DNA of 53,093 nucleotides, taken from an uncultured Staphylococcaceae bacterium. Lineage in GTDB: Bacteria > Bacillota_I > Bacilli_A > RFN20 > CAG-826. The DNA is taken from NCBI GenBank assembly GCA_964480275.1, contig CAYZOC010000002.1, positions 1-53,093 on the forward strand, given 5' to 3'. The position numbers and the translations under genes were made by a program. Positions 24,423-33,155 of the stretch are shown here, one piece after another. Below the pieces are notes generated by a model that was given only the letters and a program-made list of their open reading frames with translations, ran no database searches and had not been told where the DNA came from. Positions within the stretch are counted from its first letter, which is position 1. Each line of letters opens with the position of its first letter.

Positions 24423-24953
24423 TTATTTTCTAATACTCTCTTCTAAAAATGTTTGATAGTAACGCAAAACTTCTTCTTCATCGAAAGGGAATCTTGTTGT
24501 TGCCATCTGCGCCTGTGTTCGCTCAGCCTGATCGAAAATAACTTCTACTAAATCTTGATTGTACTCAAGTGTCGATATATGTCGTTTAAATTCATTGCGA
24601 TCGAGCAGTTTTAGTGTTCCATTAGGAAGTCTTTTAACATCTAAATCATAATCAATATATTTCGCAATTTCTCCATCCACTAATGTGGGTGAGGCAATAT
24701 TTGAATAATAGGTAACCCCATCTTCTTTAAGCATTGCAATCGTATTAAACCATCGTTTCTTGCTAAAAAAGGAAACAGCGGGTTCTTTGGTGTACCATAC
24801 CCGGCCATTACTTTCAACAACGCGCGTTTTTTTACTTGCCACAATCAACCAATCTTCATTATCAACAAGAACAAAATTACGTTTCCAAAGACGATGGAGA
24901 CTTCCATCATGTTTATAACTTTGTATTTTTATCCAATTTCCTTTGAGACTCAT
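24423..24953 (-). CDS. DUF402 family nucleoside tri/diphosphatase (Ntdp/YgaC-like)
   Basis: Trimmed from TTG 24956 to the ATG at 24951-24953, with GAGGT upstream. IQSYKHDGSLHR.W......VV....R.W.T.EPA...F....WFN....L.E.G..YY.NIASP is the UPF0374/DUF402 pattern. Confidence 0.8.
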   Translation of the reverse strand: MSLKGNWIKIQSYKHDGSLHRLWKRNFVLVDNEDWLIVASKKTRVVESNGRVWYTKEPAVSFFSKKRWFNTIAMLKEDGVTYYSNIASPTLVDGEIAKYIDYDLDVKRLPNGTLKLLDRNEFKRHISTLEYNQDLVEVIFDQAERTQAQMATTRFPFDEEEVLRYYQTFLEESIRK

Positions 24954-25027
24954 CAATACCTCGCAAAATTCAATCTTAAAAGATTGTAGTTAATTTTAGC
25001 ATATTTGCTTTTGTCTATGACAATATC

Positions 25028-25951
25028 TTATAAGAGTTTAATTAAATCATGAATAGCTTCTAAATCGCGTTTAAATCCAAGTATTGACTTAGCACTAAAC
25101 TCCGTAGGTAGTGGAATCGCCATTAATTCATCATCATAGCTAATGGCTATTGTTAATTTTTCATTTGTGAAACTGAGTGTCATATCAACAAAAGGAAGTT
25201 CACGTTTAAAGTTCATGACAGCTGAAATCAGTTTTTTATTTATAGCTTTTTGATCTTCATCTTTTTCCAAATAAACAACAATATCCTCGTCTTCTTGATA
25301 AACTTTCAAGTCTTCAATATCGCTTGGACCACTAGCATTTTTAACTTGTTCTTGATCAGGCTTACGATAAATTAAAACACGTCCGTTTATGGCCTTAACA
25401 TTGTCTACGACAATTAATTTGCCAGCAAAAACAATTTTATTTTGCTTTCCAACAAACTGATAAGCGGCATAATCTGATAGTTTAACCTCGTATTTTCCTA
25501 GACGATAAGAAACAAGGTTTCTAGCGCCAAACCGGGTGACATCTTTCAATATTCTTGCTTCAGTAAAGTCTTCCATTGTAAGTTGATTGGCCACTTCTTG
25601 ACTATAATTTTCTAAATTTAAATCACCATAAACAAAATCGCTAGTGGCTTTATAAAAACTATTGATATAAACATTACCTTTTTTAGTAATATTTTTCTTC
25701 ATCAACCGCATATAAAGCATTGCGCCAAAAAGGAAAACAATTGATATAACAAGTCCAATTGTTAATCCGTCTTGCCCGAGTGGAAAAAGCAGTGTAAAAC
25801 TTAATGCCACAGCGGCAAAGGTTACAAGTAATACAACTAAATTTATGATTCTAAATTTTTTGAAAAAAGCATTGAGTTGTTCTCGATCTTCATTGATATT
25901 ATTTTCTAAATCGCGAACTCTTGGCTCGCTTAGATATTGATTTTCTTCCAT
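25028..25951 (-). CDS. Hypothetical membrane protein (N-terminal TM hairpin plus ~200-aa soluble domain)
   Basis: 307-aa ORF, 12 nt after the Sel1-repeat gene. Two hydrophobic helices span aa ~37-85. Confidence 0.6.
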   Translation of the reverse strand: MEENQYLSEPRVRDLENNINEDREQLNAFFKKFRIINLVVLLVTFAAVALSFTLLFPLGQDGLTIGLVISIVFLFGAMLYMRLMKKNITKKGNVYINSFYKATSDFVYGDLNLENYSQEVANQLTMEDFTEARILKDVTRFGARNLVSYRLGKYEVKLSDYAAYQFVGKQNKIVFAGKLIVVDNVKAINGRVLIYRKPDQEQVKNASGPSDIEDLKVYQEDEDIVVYLEKDEDQKAINKKLISAVMNFKRELPFVDMTLSFTNEKLTIAISYDDELMAIPLPTEFSAKSILGFKRDLEAIHDLIKLL

Positions 25952-25963
25952 ATAAACTCCATT

Positions 25964-26602
25964 CTATTTGAGAGTAGCTAGTAAACGTTTGGCTTGCGAA
26001 TCACCGGCAAAAGCAGCCTCTTCAAGATACTTTTTAGCTTTTTTTAGGTCGCGAATCACACCACGTCCTTCGATATAAGCTTCGCCAATTTGTGTTTTTG
26101 CTTTTAAATATCCCCGACGGGCAGCTTCTTCATAGTGCTTAGCGGCCTTGACGACGTCGACTTCATGAGCAAGTCCATTTTCGGCAAATACACCTAATTT
26201 ATAATGGGCTTTAGCAAATCCTTGGTCAGCGGCTTTTTGATACCAATCATAAGCTTTAAGATAATCTTGACTGATTATAGTTCCGCGTTCATAAGCAATG
26301 CCCATATTATATTGGGCCGCATCGTGACCTGCTTCTGCTGCAAGAAGAAAGTGTTCTAACCCCTTTTTTTGATCAAGGGCAACAGCCTTACCATAAAAGT
26401 GGCAATAACCGATAACTGTATCGGCCGGTGAATAACCAAATTCCTTGGCCTTGAGTGCAAGATGGTATCCACGGCGATCATCTTCGGCAATACCTTCGCC
26501 TTGAACTAGACGTCTAGCAAGTTCGTGCATCGCTGATGGATCATTATTTGTGACAAGTTTTTCAAGCTCTCTAATCGTCTTCCGATATAAATTATTTACC
26601 AT
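25964..26602 (-). CDS. Sel1-like repeat (SLR/TPR-family) protein
   Basis: Repeated ~36-aa units with A...Y..AA..G...A.Y.LG..Y..G.G...D...A..W/Y periodicity. GGAGGG SD. Confidence 0.8.
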   Translation of the reverse strand: MVNNLYRKTIRELEKLVTNNDPSAMHELARRLVQGEGIAEDDRRGYHLALKAKEFGYSPADTVIGYCHFYGKAVALDQKKGLEHFLLAAEAGHDAAQYNMGIAYERGTIISQDYLKAYDWYQKAADQGFAKAHYKLGVFAENGLAHEVDVVKAAKHYEEAARRGYLKAKTQIGEAYIEGRGVIRDLKKAKKYLEEAAFAGDSQAKRLLATLK

Positions 26603-26616
26603 AGTCCCTCCTGATA

Positions 26617-26625
26617 ATTATACCA
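26617..26625 (-). promoter_or_regulatory. Putative extended -10 promoter (TGGTATAAT) for the Sel1-repeat operon
   Basis: Minus sense reads TGG-TATAAT, ~20 nt upstream of the ATG at 26602. Confidence 0.4.
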
Positions 26626-26649
26626 TAGAGCTGTTTTAATTATTAATAA

Positions 26650-27594
26650 TTAATCATGACGAGGAAAACGACGATTCATCTGTTTGAGTGATGGAAGCAG
26701 TAACATTAAAATTATTGTAACTATTGCCAACGAAGGGACGATATATGTAACGTTATATACTATACCTGCCCAAAATGAGTATTGATAAATCAACATTGAA
26801 CTTACAGTACTAGCAAGGATGCGTAATAATCCCCCGAATATTATCGCTACTGCTAGTAATAAAAAATGCTGCCACTTTTTTAAACTTTCATTAAAAATTA
26901 AATGTCTAAACAACGAAACAACTGCTAGTAACCCAAACCCCATAAGGTAATCAAAAGGATAAGTAGCAAACCCATAACCATCGAGCAAACAAGTGAGTAA
27001 GCCATAGATTATCCCCCCTGAGATAAATGACTTAACAAAATTGAAGCGTATCGCGATGATAAAAAGTGGCAACATCGTCAGCCCTATTGAACCGGCTCCA
27101 CCACTAAGTTTAATTTTAGGGAAGAAATCAAAAATGACAGCAAGACCAATAAGGATCGCTAATTCAACCATTTCCTTGATCGTAAAAGTTATCGTTCCAA
27201 AAAAAGAATGTAAGGCCACGATTAAGCTAGTGGCACTTAATACAAGAATGATAATAACACCTATTGCAAGCGAGGTTTCCAATTCAGTAATAGTGTAGTT
27301 AATTGAAGGCAACAATATCAAAGTTGTGAAGTTTAGAATTAAAATAACCAATGCAATACCACTATATTTTCCATTTTTGCTCATTAATAGTCCAGCACTG
27401 ATAAAGGGTAATACTAGTAGCGAAATAATTAGGACCTTAAACTGATTTGCAAATATATTGCTAGAAAGTAGTTCGATGATATTATAATTTTCACCACTTG
27501 TCGTCAGTAGAGGTAAAAAGATAAATCCAAGACTAAATATAGCCATAGCTAGAGGTAGATATTTTAGATAATCCATTAACTTTTTGTTTGTCAT
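26650..27594 (-). CDS. Thiamine transporter ThiT-like protein with an extra ~130-aa N-terminal membrane domain
   Basis: The C-terminal ~180 aa (FTIKEMVELAILIGLAVI...GSIGLTMLPLFIIAIRFNF..SFISGGIIYGLL) resembles the ECF S-component ThiT. A TPP riboswitch lies directly upstream. The N-terminal half has ~4 additional TM helices. Confidence 0.7.
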   Translation of the reverse strand: MTNKKLMDYLKYLPLAMAIFSLGFIFLPLLTTSGENYNIIELLSSNIFANQFKVLIISLLVLPFISAGLLMSKNGKYSGIALVILILNFTTLILLPSINYTITELETSLAIGVIIILVLSATSLIVALHSFFGTITFTIKEMVELAILIGLAVIFDFFPKIKLSGGAGSIGLTMLPLFIIAIRFNFVKSFISGGIIYGLLTCLLDGYGFATYPFDYLMGFGLLAVVSLFRHLIFNESLKKWQHFLLLAVAIIFGGLLRILASTVSSMLIYQYSFWAGIVYNVTYIVPSLAIVTIILMLLLPSLKQMNRRFPRHD

Positions 27595-27610
27595 TGCATT
27601 ACTCCCTTAG

Positions 27611-27638
27611 AAAATAAAAATCCTTGCTAGCGCAAGGA
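27611..27638 (-). terminator. Intrinsic terminator forming the TPP-riboswitch expression platform
   Basis: Minus sense reads TCCTTGC-gcta-GCAAGGA followed by TTTTTATTTT. It lies between the aptamer and the thiT-like SD. Confidence 0.85.
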
Positions 27639-27659
27639 CATTTCGATTAATCTACTATG

Positions 27660-27742
27660 TTTCCCTCCGCCGGCATTACCCAGATCAGGTGCGGTCGGGT
27701 CTTCTATTAGACCCCTCTCAGCCAAGATAACTCAGCTCCCGT
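27660..27742 (-). promoter_or_regulatory. TPP (THI-box) riboswitch aptamer
   Basis: Minus sense reads GGGAGC..CUGAGA GGGGUC..GACCC GACCGC ACCUGAUCUGGGUAAUGCCGGCGGAGGGAA. This matches the conserved CUGAGA and ACCUGAUCUGGAUAAUGCCAGCG.AGGGAA cores. Confidence 0.92.
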
Positions 27743-27761
27743 AAATATATATTATCACGAC

Positions 27762-27789
27762 ATTATAAATTATGCCATCTAATTGGTAA
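27762..27789 (-). promoter_or_regulatory. Putative promoter of the TPP riboswitch/thiT unit, embedded in the 3' end of ung
   Basis: Minus sense reads TTACCA (27789-27784), a 16-nt spacer, then TATAAT (27767-27762). Confidence 0.45.
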
Positions 27790-28431
27790 GAGACCATGAT
27801 CAAGCAAATATTGATTTGTTTTTGAAAAAGTTTGCTTGCCAAAAAACCCACCTCGATTTGCTGATAGGGGTGATGGATGATTTGTTTTAATGACAAGGGC
27901 GTTTTTGTTTTTGATGTATTTTTCCCATTTTTGCGCCTTGGTTCCCCAAAGGATATAAACTAGTGGTTGTTCCAAACTAGATAATACTTCAAAAATGCGT
28001 GTTGTTAGCTGTTTGTATTCAGGAATGTCGTGTGAAAGCGGATGATTTTCTTCAACAGTAAAAATTGGATTAAATAGCAATACCCCCTGCTTGGAAAGAT
28101 AGCTGAGATCTCCATTTGCAAAATCCATTTTTGCACCAGTGTCATTTTCAATTTCTTTATATATATTTACAAGACTTGGCGGAAGTTTAATCAAAGGATT
28201 AACAGAAAACGCCAAACCCATCGCCTGTCCTTGTTGATGATAGGGGTCCTGTCCTAAAATAACGACTTTAGTGGTTTTTAAATCTGTACGATCAAAAGCA
28301 TAAAATACTTGTTCGCGTGATGGGAAAACATTTGTGGATTTCCTAGCATTTTCTACGTATCTTAAAATATTTTGAAAGTATAACGTTCTTTTTTCTTGCT
28401 CAAAAAAATGCTGCCACGATTCAAACTTCAT
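27763..28431 (-). CDS. ung: Uracil-DNA glycosylase
   Basis: Trimmed from TTG 28437 to the ATG at 28429-28431. VVILGQDPYH..GQA.GLAFSV and HPSPLSA are family-1 UDG motifs. Confidence 0.95.
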   Translation of the reverse strand: MKFESWQHFFEQEKRTLYFQNILRYVENARKSTNVFPSREQVFYAFDRTDLKTTKVVILGQDPYHQQGQAMGLAFSVNPLIKLPPSLVNIYKEIENDTGAKMDFANGDLSYLSKQGVLLFNPIFTVEENHPLSHDIPEYKQLTTRIFEVLSSLEQPLVYILWGTKAQKWEKYIKNKNALVIKTNHPSPLSANRGGFFGKQTFSKTNQYLLDHGLLPIRWHNL

Positions 28432-28488
28432 AAACAAATTATATCACGAAGACATCGTATCTTTTTTATTATTGTGTATAATAAAAGC

Positions 28489-29571
28489 ATGAAAATCTTT
28501 ATTCTCTTTAATCATCCTGCCCCTTACAAAGTTAAACTATTTAATGGGTTAGCCCAAAAGCATGATCTCAATGTCATTTTTGAGCGACTAAAGAATCGCG
28601 ATCGCAATCGACTTTTTTATGTTGATAAGGAAATGAAGTTTAACTTACATCCCATTAGTGGCATAAAGATTGGGAATGAAAATCATCTTTCCTTTGGCGC
28701 TAGAAGACATTTAAAAGCCCATAAGTACGACCTCATAATCATCAATGGTTATTCGACAATTACTGAAATGCTTGCGTTAAGATATTTAAAAAGAAAAAAT
28801 ATTCCCTATGCTTTTTATATCAATGGTGGTGTCGCTAAAAATGAATCTAAACTCAAGACAAAAATCAAACGCTACTTTTTAAAAGGAGCAAAATATTACT
28901 TTAGTCCTGCGAGTGCGGCCGATCAATACTTGTTAAAATATGGAATAAAGCAGGAACAAATCTATCATTATCCCTACTCAACCATCTATCAATCACAAAT
29001 AAAAACCTCAAAAATAAGTAAAGATGATAAAAATCTTTTTTGGCAATCTCATAACATTAGTGGCACGAGTGTTTTTGTGACAGTAACAAGTTTTATTCGC
29101 CGAAAAAATAATCTTGAGCTTATTAAATGTTGGCAAACTCTTCCACGAAGCTATACTCTCGTTTTGATTGGTGAAGGAAAAGAAAAGAAAAAATATCTAA
29201 ATTACATTAAGGCTAACGGCATTAATAACGTTATCATTCTCCCGTTTATGAAAAACTCTGAGGCGCTTGAATATGTTCGTCATGCTGATGGTGCACTTTA
29301 TATTAGTCGTTATGACATATATGGTCATGTAATAAACGAAGCACTAGCGATGGGTGTTAATGTTTTAGCTAGCGATCGTATGGTTGCAACAAAAGCTTTG
29401 ATTAAAGACAAATATAATGGCCTTGTGTTTGATTATAAATCACCATTAAAAGATAAAATTGTCGAGCTTCTCACTTATGACTTTCACGAAAAGGCAATTG
29501 AGACTGCTAGTAAAAACACGATTGAGAAGATGGTCGAACGCCATCTAGAAATTATTGAGGTAAACAAATGA
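28489..29571 (+). CDS. Glycosyltransferase, GT4 family (GT-B fold)
   Basis: ORF trimmed to the ATG at 28489 (MKIFILFNH...). The C-terminal region ..SRYDIYGHVINEALAMGVNVLASD is GT4 E-x7-E-like. Confidence 0.8.
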   Translation: MKIFILFNHPAPYKVKLFNGLAQKHDLNVIFERLKNRDRNRLFYVDKEMKFNLHPISGIKIGNENHLSFGARRHLKAHKYDLIIINGYSTITEMLALRYLKRKNIPYAFYINGGVAKNESKLKTKIKRYFLKGAKYYFSPASAADQYLLKYGIKQEQIYHYPYSTIYQSQIKTSKISKDDKNLFWQSHNISGTSVFVTVTSFIRRKNNLELIKCWQTLPRSYTLVLIGEGKEKKKYLNYIKANGINNVIILPFMKNSEALEYVRHADGALYISRYDIYGHVINEALAMGVNVLASDRMVATKALIKDKYNGLVFDYKSPLKDKIVELLTYDFHEKAIETASKNTIEKMVERHLEIIEVNK

Positions 29572-30710
29572 GTAAAATAATCTATCTGACGAATGCAATG
29601 CATTTTAATGATTTTGAAAAGATGATGAAATATGTTGAAGTTATGCCTAATCCTAGCAATCAAAATTTTCACTATCGCTTTATCACTAGTCTAACTGAAC
29701 ACTACAAAGTTAAAGTTATTTCTCAACGTCCACTTAATCATAAAAACTGTAAATTACCAGCGGTCCTCGATGAATTTCACCATAATTTTTACTATCCCGG
29801 TTTTCACTTAAAACCGATTATTCGGAATTTAGAACTATATAAAAACAGCAAAGAAATCCTTCGCTCCTTGAAAATAAGTAAGGACGATTACGTCTTTGTT
29901 GACCTTTTAAATATAAACCTCGTCCACCTAGCAAAACACGTGAAAAAACATTACAAAACAAAGGTTATTGGCATATTAACAGATAACCCACACAATTTAA
30001 GCGCTAGTAAAAGTTCTTATATCAGTGATGTTGAGAAAGCGTTTGATCTTTGTGATGGATTTGTTTTCTTAACCGAGGATCTAAATAAATACGCAAATAA
30101 AAATTTAAAGCCGGCTGCTATAATTCCTGGAGTTCTCTCATACACAAAAATCAAATCGGATATTGATGGTAAATTTGGCAAATATATTTATTTTGCTGGG
30201 GCTTTATATGAACGTTATGGCGTAAAAAATCTCGTCGACGCCTTTGTTAAAATCAAAACAGATTGGCATTTACTAATCGCTGGTCATGGTCCTCTTAAAG
30301 ATGAGTTGGCCTTTCTAGGTGAAAATCACCCCCGCATCGATTTCCTTGGGGCCATTAGTCCTTATAAATCTTTAATGTATGTTTACGATGCAATGGCGCT
30401 TGTTAATCCACGACCCTTTGATCAAAATCTCGATAAATTTTCAATTCCGAGCAAAGTAATTGAATACGCAAATTCCGCGCGACCTGTTATTTCGACCTCA
30501 CACTCTGACTTGGTCAAAATATATCAGGATAATATCCTCTGGGCTGACGATAGTGTTGATGGTTTAGAAAAAGCACTTGTAAATGTGATTAATAACTATG
30601 ATAAACACAGTGAAAAAGCTAAAATTGCCAAGGAAATTGGTGAACAATATTTTGGTAAAAAAACATTTTCCGCAAAAATTGAAACGCTTATTAAATCACT
30701 AATATCCTAA
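29568..30710 (+). CDS. Glycosyltransferase, GT4 family
   Basis: ATGA overlap with the upstream GT, with GAGGT SD. YFAGALYERYGVKNLVDAF...LLIAGHGPL...FSIPSKVIEYANSARPVIST is GT4-like. Confidence 0.78.
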   Translation: MSKIIYLTNAMHFNDFEKMMKYVEVMPNPSNQNFHYRFITSLTEHYKVKVISQRPLNHKNCKLPAVLDEFHHNFYYPGFHLKPIIRNLELYKNSKEILRSLKISKDDYVFVDLLNINLVHLAKHVKKHYKTKVIGILTDNPHNLSASKSSYISDVEKAFDLCDGFVFLTEDLNKYANKNLKPAAIIPGVLSYTKIKSDIDGKFGKYIYFAGALYERYGVKNLVDAFVKIKTDWHLLIAGHGPLKDELAFLGENHPRIDFLGAISPYKSLMYVYDAMALVNPRPFDQNLDKFSIPSKVIEYANSARPVISTSHSDLVKIYQDNILWADDSVDGLEKALVNVINNYDKHSEKAKIAKEIGEQYFGKKTFSAKIETLIKSLIS

Positions 30711-30751
30711 ATACTCTACAATAAAATCGTTTTTAATTATATAATTAAACA

Positions 30752-32242
30752 ATGACAAGAAGAGAGTTACGACCTAATGTCGTTGTAAACCTAATTCGTA
30801 CCCTAACGATTACACTTTTATCATTCATTTCTTTTCCATTTGCAAGTACTGCACTTGGAGACGTGGCGATGGGGCAATATAGTTGGGCAAATACTTTTGT
30901 CTATTTCTTTTTAATTATTGCTAAGTTAGGTATTCCCGCTGTTGCAATCCGTGAGTGTGCTAAAGTTAGGGATAATCCTGAGCAACTATCTAAGAAAGTT
31001 CAAACATATTTCGTCCTCCAATTAATCACAACGCTCATATCATATAGCTTGATGCTTTTCCTCGTTTTTGGTTTTGGTGACCGTGTTGTTGACTTGACTT
31101 CTCGACCATTGGTCATGATTCTATCGCTTAATTTTCTTGTCGGCGTATTTTCCTTTGAATGGGTATATATTGCACTAGAAAAACATTTTTATATTGCGCT
31201 AAGATCAATTTTTACCATGGCTCTTGGTTCTCTTCTTGTAATAATGTTTGTGAGAAACAATCGTTACTTATTCACATATGCTTTTCTTGCCTGCTTAGGA
31301 ACTTTTATTACTGCAATCGCTAATGGCTTCCTGCTTAAGAAACAAAATATATCACTCATTCCTCGTGGGAAAATTGTTTTAAAAGGAACAATCAAACCCC
31401 TGCTTGTTGTCTTCTTAATTACATTAGTTGTTACGGCATACAATCAAGCTGACAGTCTTATTCTTGGCTATGTTGATCCAACGAAGAGTCTTGTTGGTTC
31501 ATATGCTGTTGGTGTCCGTGGTATTGAGATTGTTATCACAATCATTACTAGTCTAAGTGCTGTTTTTATTCCCCGAGCAACGATGGCAATAAAAAATAAC
31601 AATTTAAAAGAGTTTAATTTGATTAATAATTACTCGACAAATATTACCTTTTTCATTGCACTGCCGGCCGTAACTATGATGATAATTTTAGCGCCACAAA
31701 TTGTAGGTTTTATTGTTAATAACGATGTATATTGGACACCAGAATCGATAAACAATGCACGATTGGCAGTTGTGATTCTTGCCGCCCTAATGTTGACGTA
31801 TTCGATTGCGGATAATATTTATCAACAAGTACTTCTACCACTTGGAAAAGAAAAGTTGTATTTAATGACGATGTTACTAGGTTTGGCGCTAAATTTGGGG
31901 TTATCGCTTATTGGAGTATTTACTGTTTTTAAATCTAATCCGCTGCTAGGGGTTTCAATTGCTACACTTACTGCGGACCTAGTTGTTCTTGTAGCGATAA
32001 TCACGATTACACGAAATTATGTCTTTAAAAATATTTTCAATCGCAATACACTAAAAATTGTAATTTCTAGTTTGCTAGTTGGTGTTTTCTCCTTCTTTAT
32101 TGCCCCCCTTCTTCCTATTGCAAATCCATTGATGCTAATTATTGTCATGCTTCTTGTCGCAGGAGTTTTGTATATAATTACCTTAGCACTACTAAAAGAA
32201 GATATTGTGACTGAAACTTTTAAGAAAGCAAAAATTGACTAA
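30752..32242 (+). CDS. Wzx-type oligosaccharide flippase (polysaccharide biosynthesis protein, MOP superfamily)
   Basis: 496 aa, ~14 TM. The N-terminus NLIRTLTITLLSFISFPFASTALGDVAMGQYSWANTFV..F.IIAKLGIPAVAIRE is typical of Polysacc_synt/Wzx proteins. Confidence 0.8.
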   Translation: MTRRELRPNVVVNLIRTLTITLLSFISFPFASTALGDVAMGQYSWANTFVYFFLIIAKLGIPAVAIRECAKVRDNPEQLSKKVQTYFVLQLITTLISYSLMLFLVFGFGDRVVDLTSRPLVMILSLNFLVGVFSFEWVYIALEKHFYIALRSIFTMALGSLLVIMFVRNNRYLFTYAFLACLGTFITAIANGFLLKKQNISLIPRGKIVLKGTIKPLLVVFLITLVVTAYNQADSLILGYVDPTKSLVGSYAVGVRGIEIVITIITSLSAVFIPRATMAIKNNNLKEFNLINNYSTNITFFIALPAVTMMIILAPQIVGFIVNNDVYWTPESINNARLAVVILAALMLTYSIADNIYQQVLLPLGKEKLYLMTMLLGLALNLGLSLIGVFTVFKSNPLLGVSIATLTADLVVLVAIITITRNYVFKNIFNRNTLKIVISSLLVGVFSFFIAPLLPIANPLMLIIVMLLVAGVLYIITLALLKEDIVTETFKKAKID

Positions 32243-32243
32243 G

Positions 32244-33155
32244 ATGGCAAATCCAAATTTTAAAGAAAACAAGCTAAAGCGGGCGATTGCAAAAACACTG
32301 CAACCTATTTTACGTATGGTCTCAAAAAGACTATATGTAAGTCTTCAATATCGCTATATCACAGGGCATAAATTAAATTGGAATAAACTTGAACGCTACA
32401 CTGAAAAACTCCAATATCTCCGCCTTTATGTATATCCTAAAAATGCAAAAGTAATTCAAGCAGCAGGAAGAGTAGGCGCACGCGAATTAGTTAAGAGCAA
32501 AGGCTACAGTGATTTACTCATACCAATCTATGGTGTGTATCAAAACTTTGCACAAATAAAATTTGCTAAACTACCAGATGAGTTCGTAATTAAGGCATCG
32601 CATGCCAGTGGATATAACTATATTTGTCACAATAAAAATAATCTTGATTTGAAGATGCTTGAAAAATATTTCACCAAGTGTCTTAAGACCAACTATGGTA
32701 AGAAAACTGTCGAGCCGCACTATAACAAAATTAAACCTTCGCTCATTATTGAAAAGTATATTGGTGAAGGCGATGCCCTGCCAGTAGAATATAAAATCCA
32801 CTGTTTCAATGGTAAGGCTAGATATCTTTATGTTGTAACAAATCGGGGCCAAGAAATTCGCTATAATAACTTCTACATTGATTGGACACCATTTAACGAT
32901 GCCCAGTTTAATCACTGGAAGACAAGCAAACAAAAACTAAAGGCACCTAAAAACTTCGACTTAATGGTGGAAATCGCCGAGAAACTTTCTGAAGATTTCC
33001 CCTTCGTTAGGATTGATCTATATAACGTTGATGGGAAAATTTACTTTAGTGAGTTTACTTTTACCCCGGCAAAGGGAACGCTTATTTTTGAAAACGAAAA
33101 AGCCGACTATGAAATCGGCTCTTGGTTAGATATCAAAAAAATCAACAAAAACTAA
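32244..33155 (+). CDS. TupA-like ATP-grasp fold amidoligase family protein
   Basis: ATG lies 1 nt after the flippase stop (TTG at 32235 is an alternative). Motifs FVIKASHASGYNYI, EPHYNKIKPSLIIEKYI, EYKIHCFNGKARYLYVV and FVRIDLYNVDGKIYFSEFTFTPAKG fit the TupA-like ATP-grasp family as I recall it. Confidence 0.72.
   Translation: MANPNFKENKLKRAIAKTLQPILRMVSKRLYVSLQYRYITGHKLNWNKLERYTEKLQYLRLYVYPKNAKVIQAAGRVGARELVKSKGYSDLLIPIYGVYQNFAQIKFAKLPDEFVIKASHASGYNYICHNKNNLDLKMLEKYFTKCLKTNYGKKTVEPHYNKIKPSLIIEKYIGEGDALPVEYKIHCFNGKARYLYVVTNRGQEIRYNNFYIDWTPFNDAQFNHWKTSKQKLKAPKNFDLMVEIAEKLSEDFPFVRIDLYNVDGKIYFSEFTFTPAKGTLIFENEKADYEIGSWLDIKKINKN

Noticed and set aside
24957-25027. Small hairpins (TTGTC-ata-GACAA; CAATCT-ttta-AGATTG) between the 25028 gene and the DUF402 gene, considered as a possible terminator or attenuator.
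   Set aside because: The stems are only 5-6 bp, mostly A/T, and lack a convincing U-tract. I cannot distinguish them from chance.
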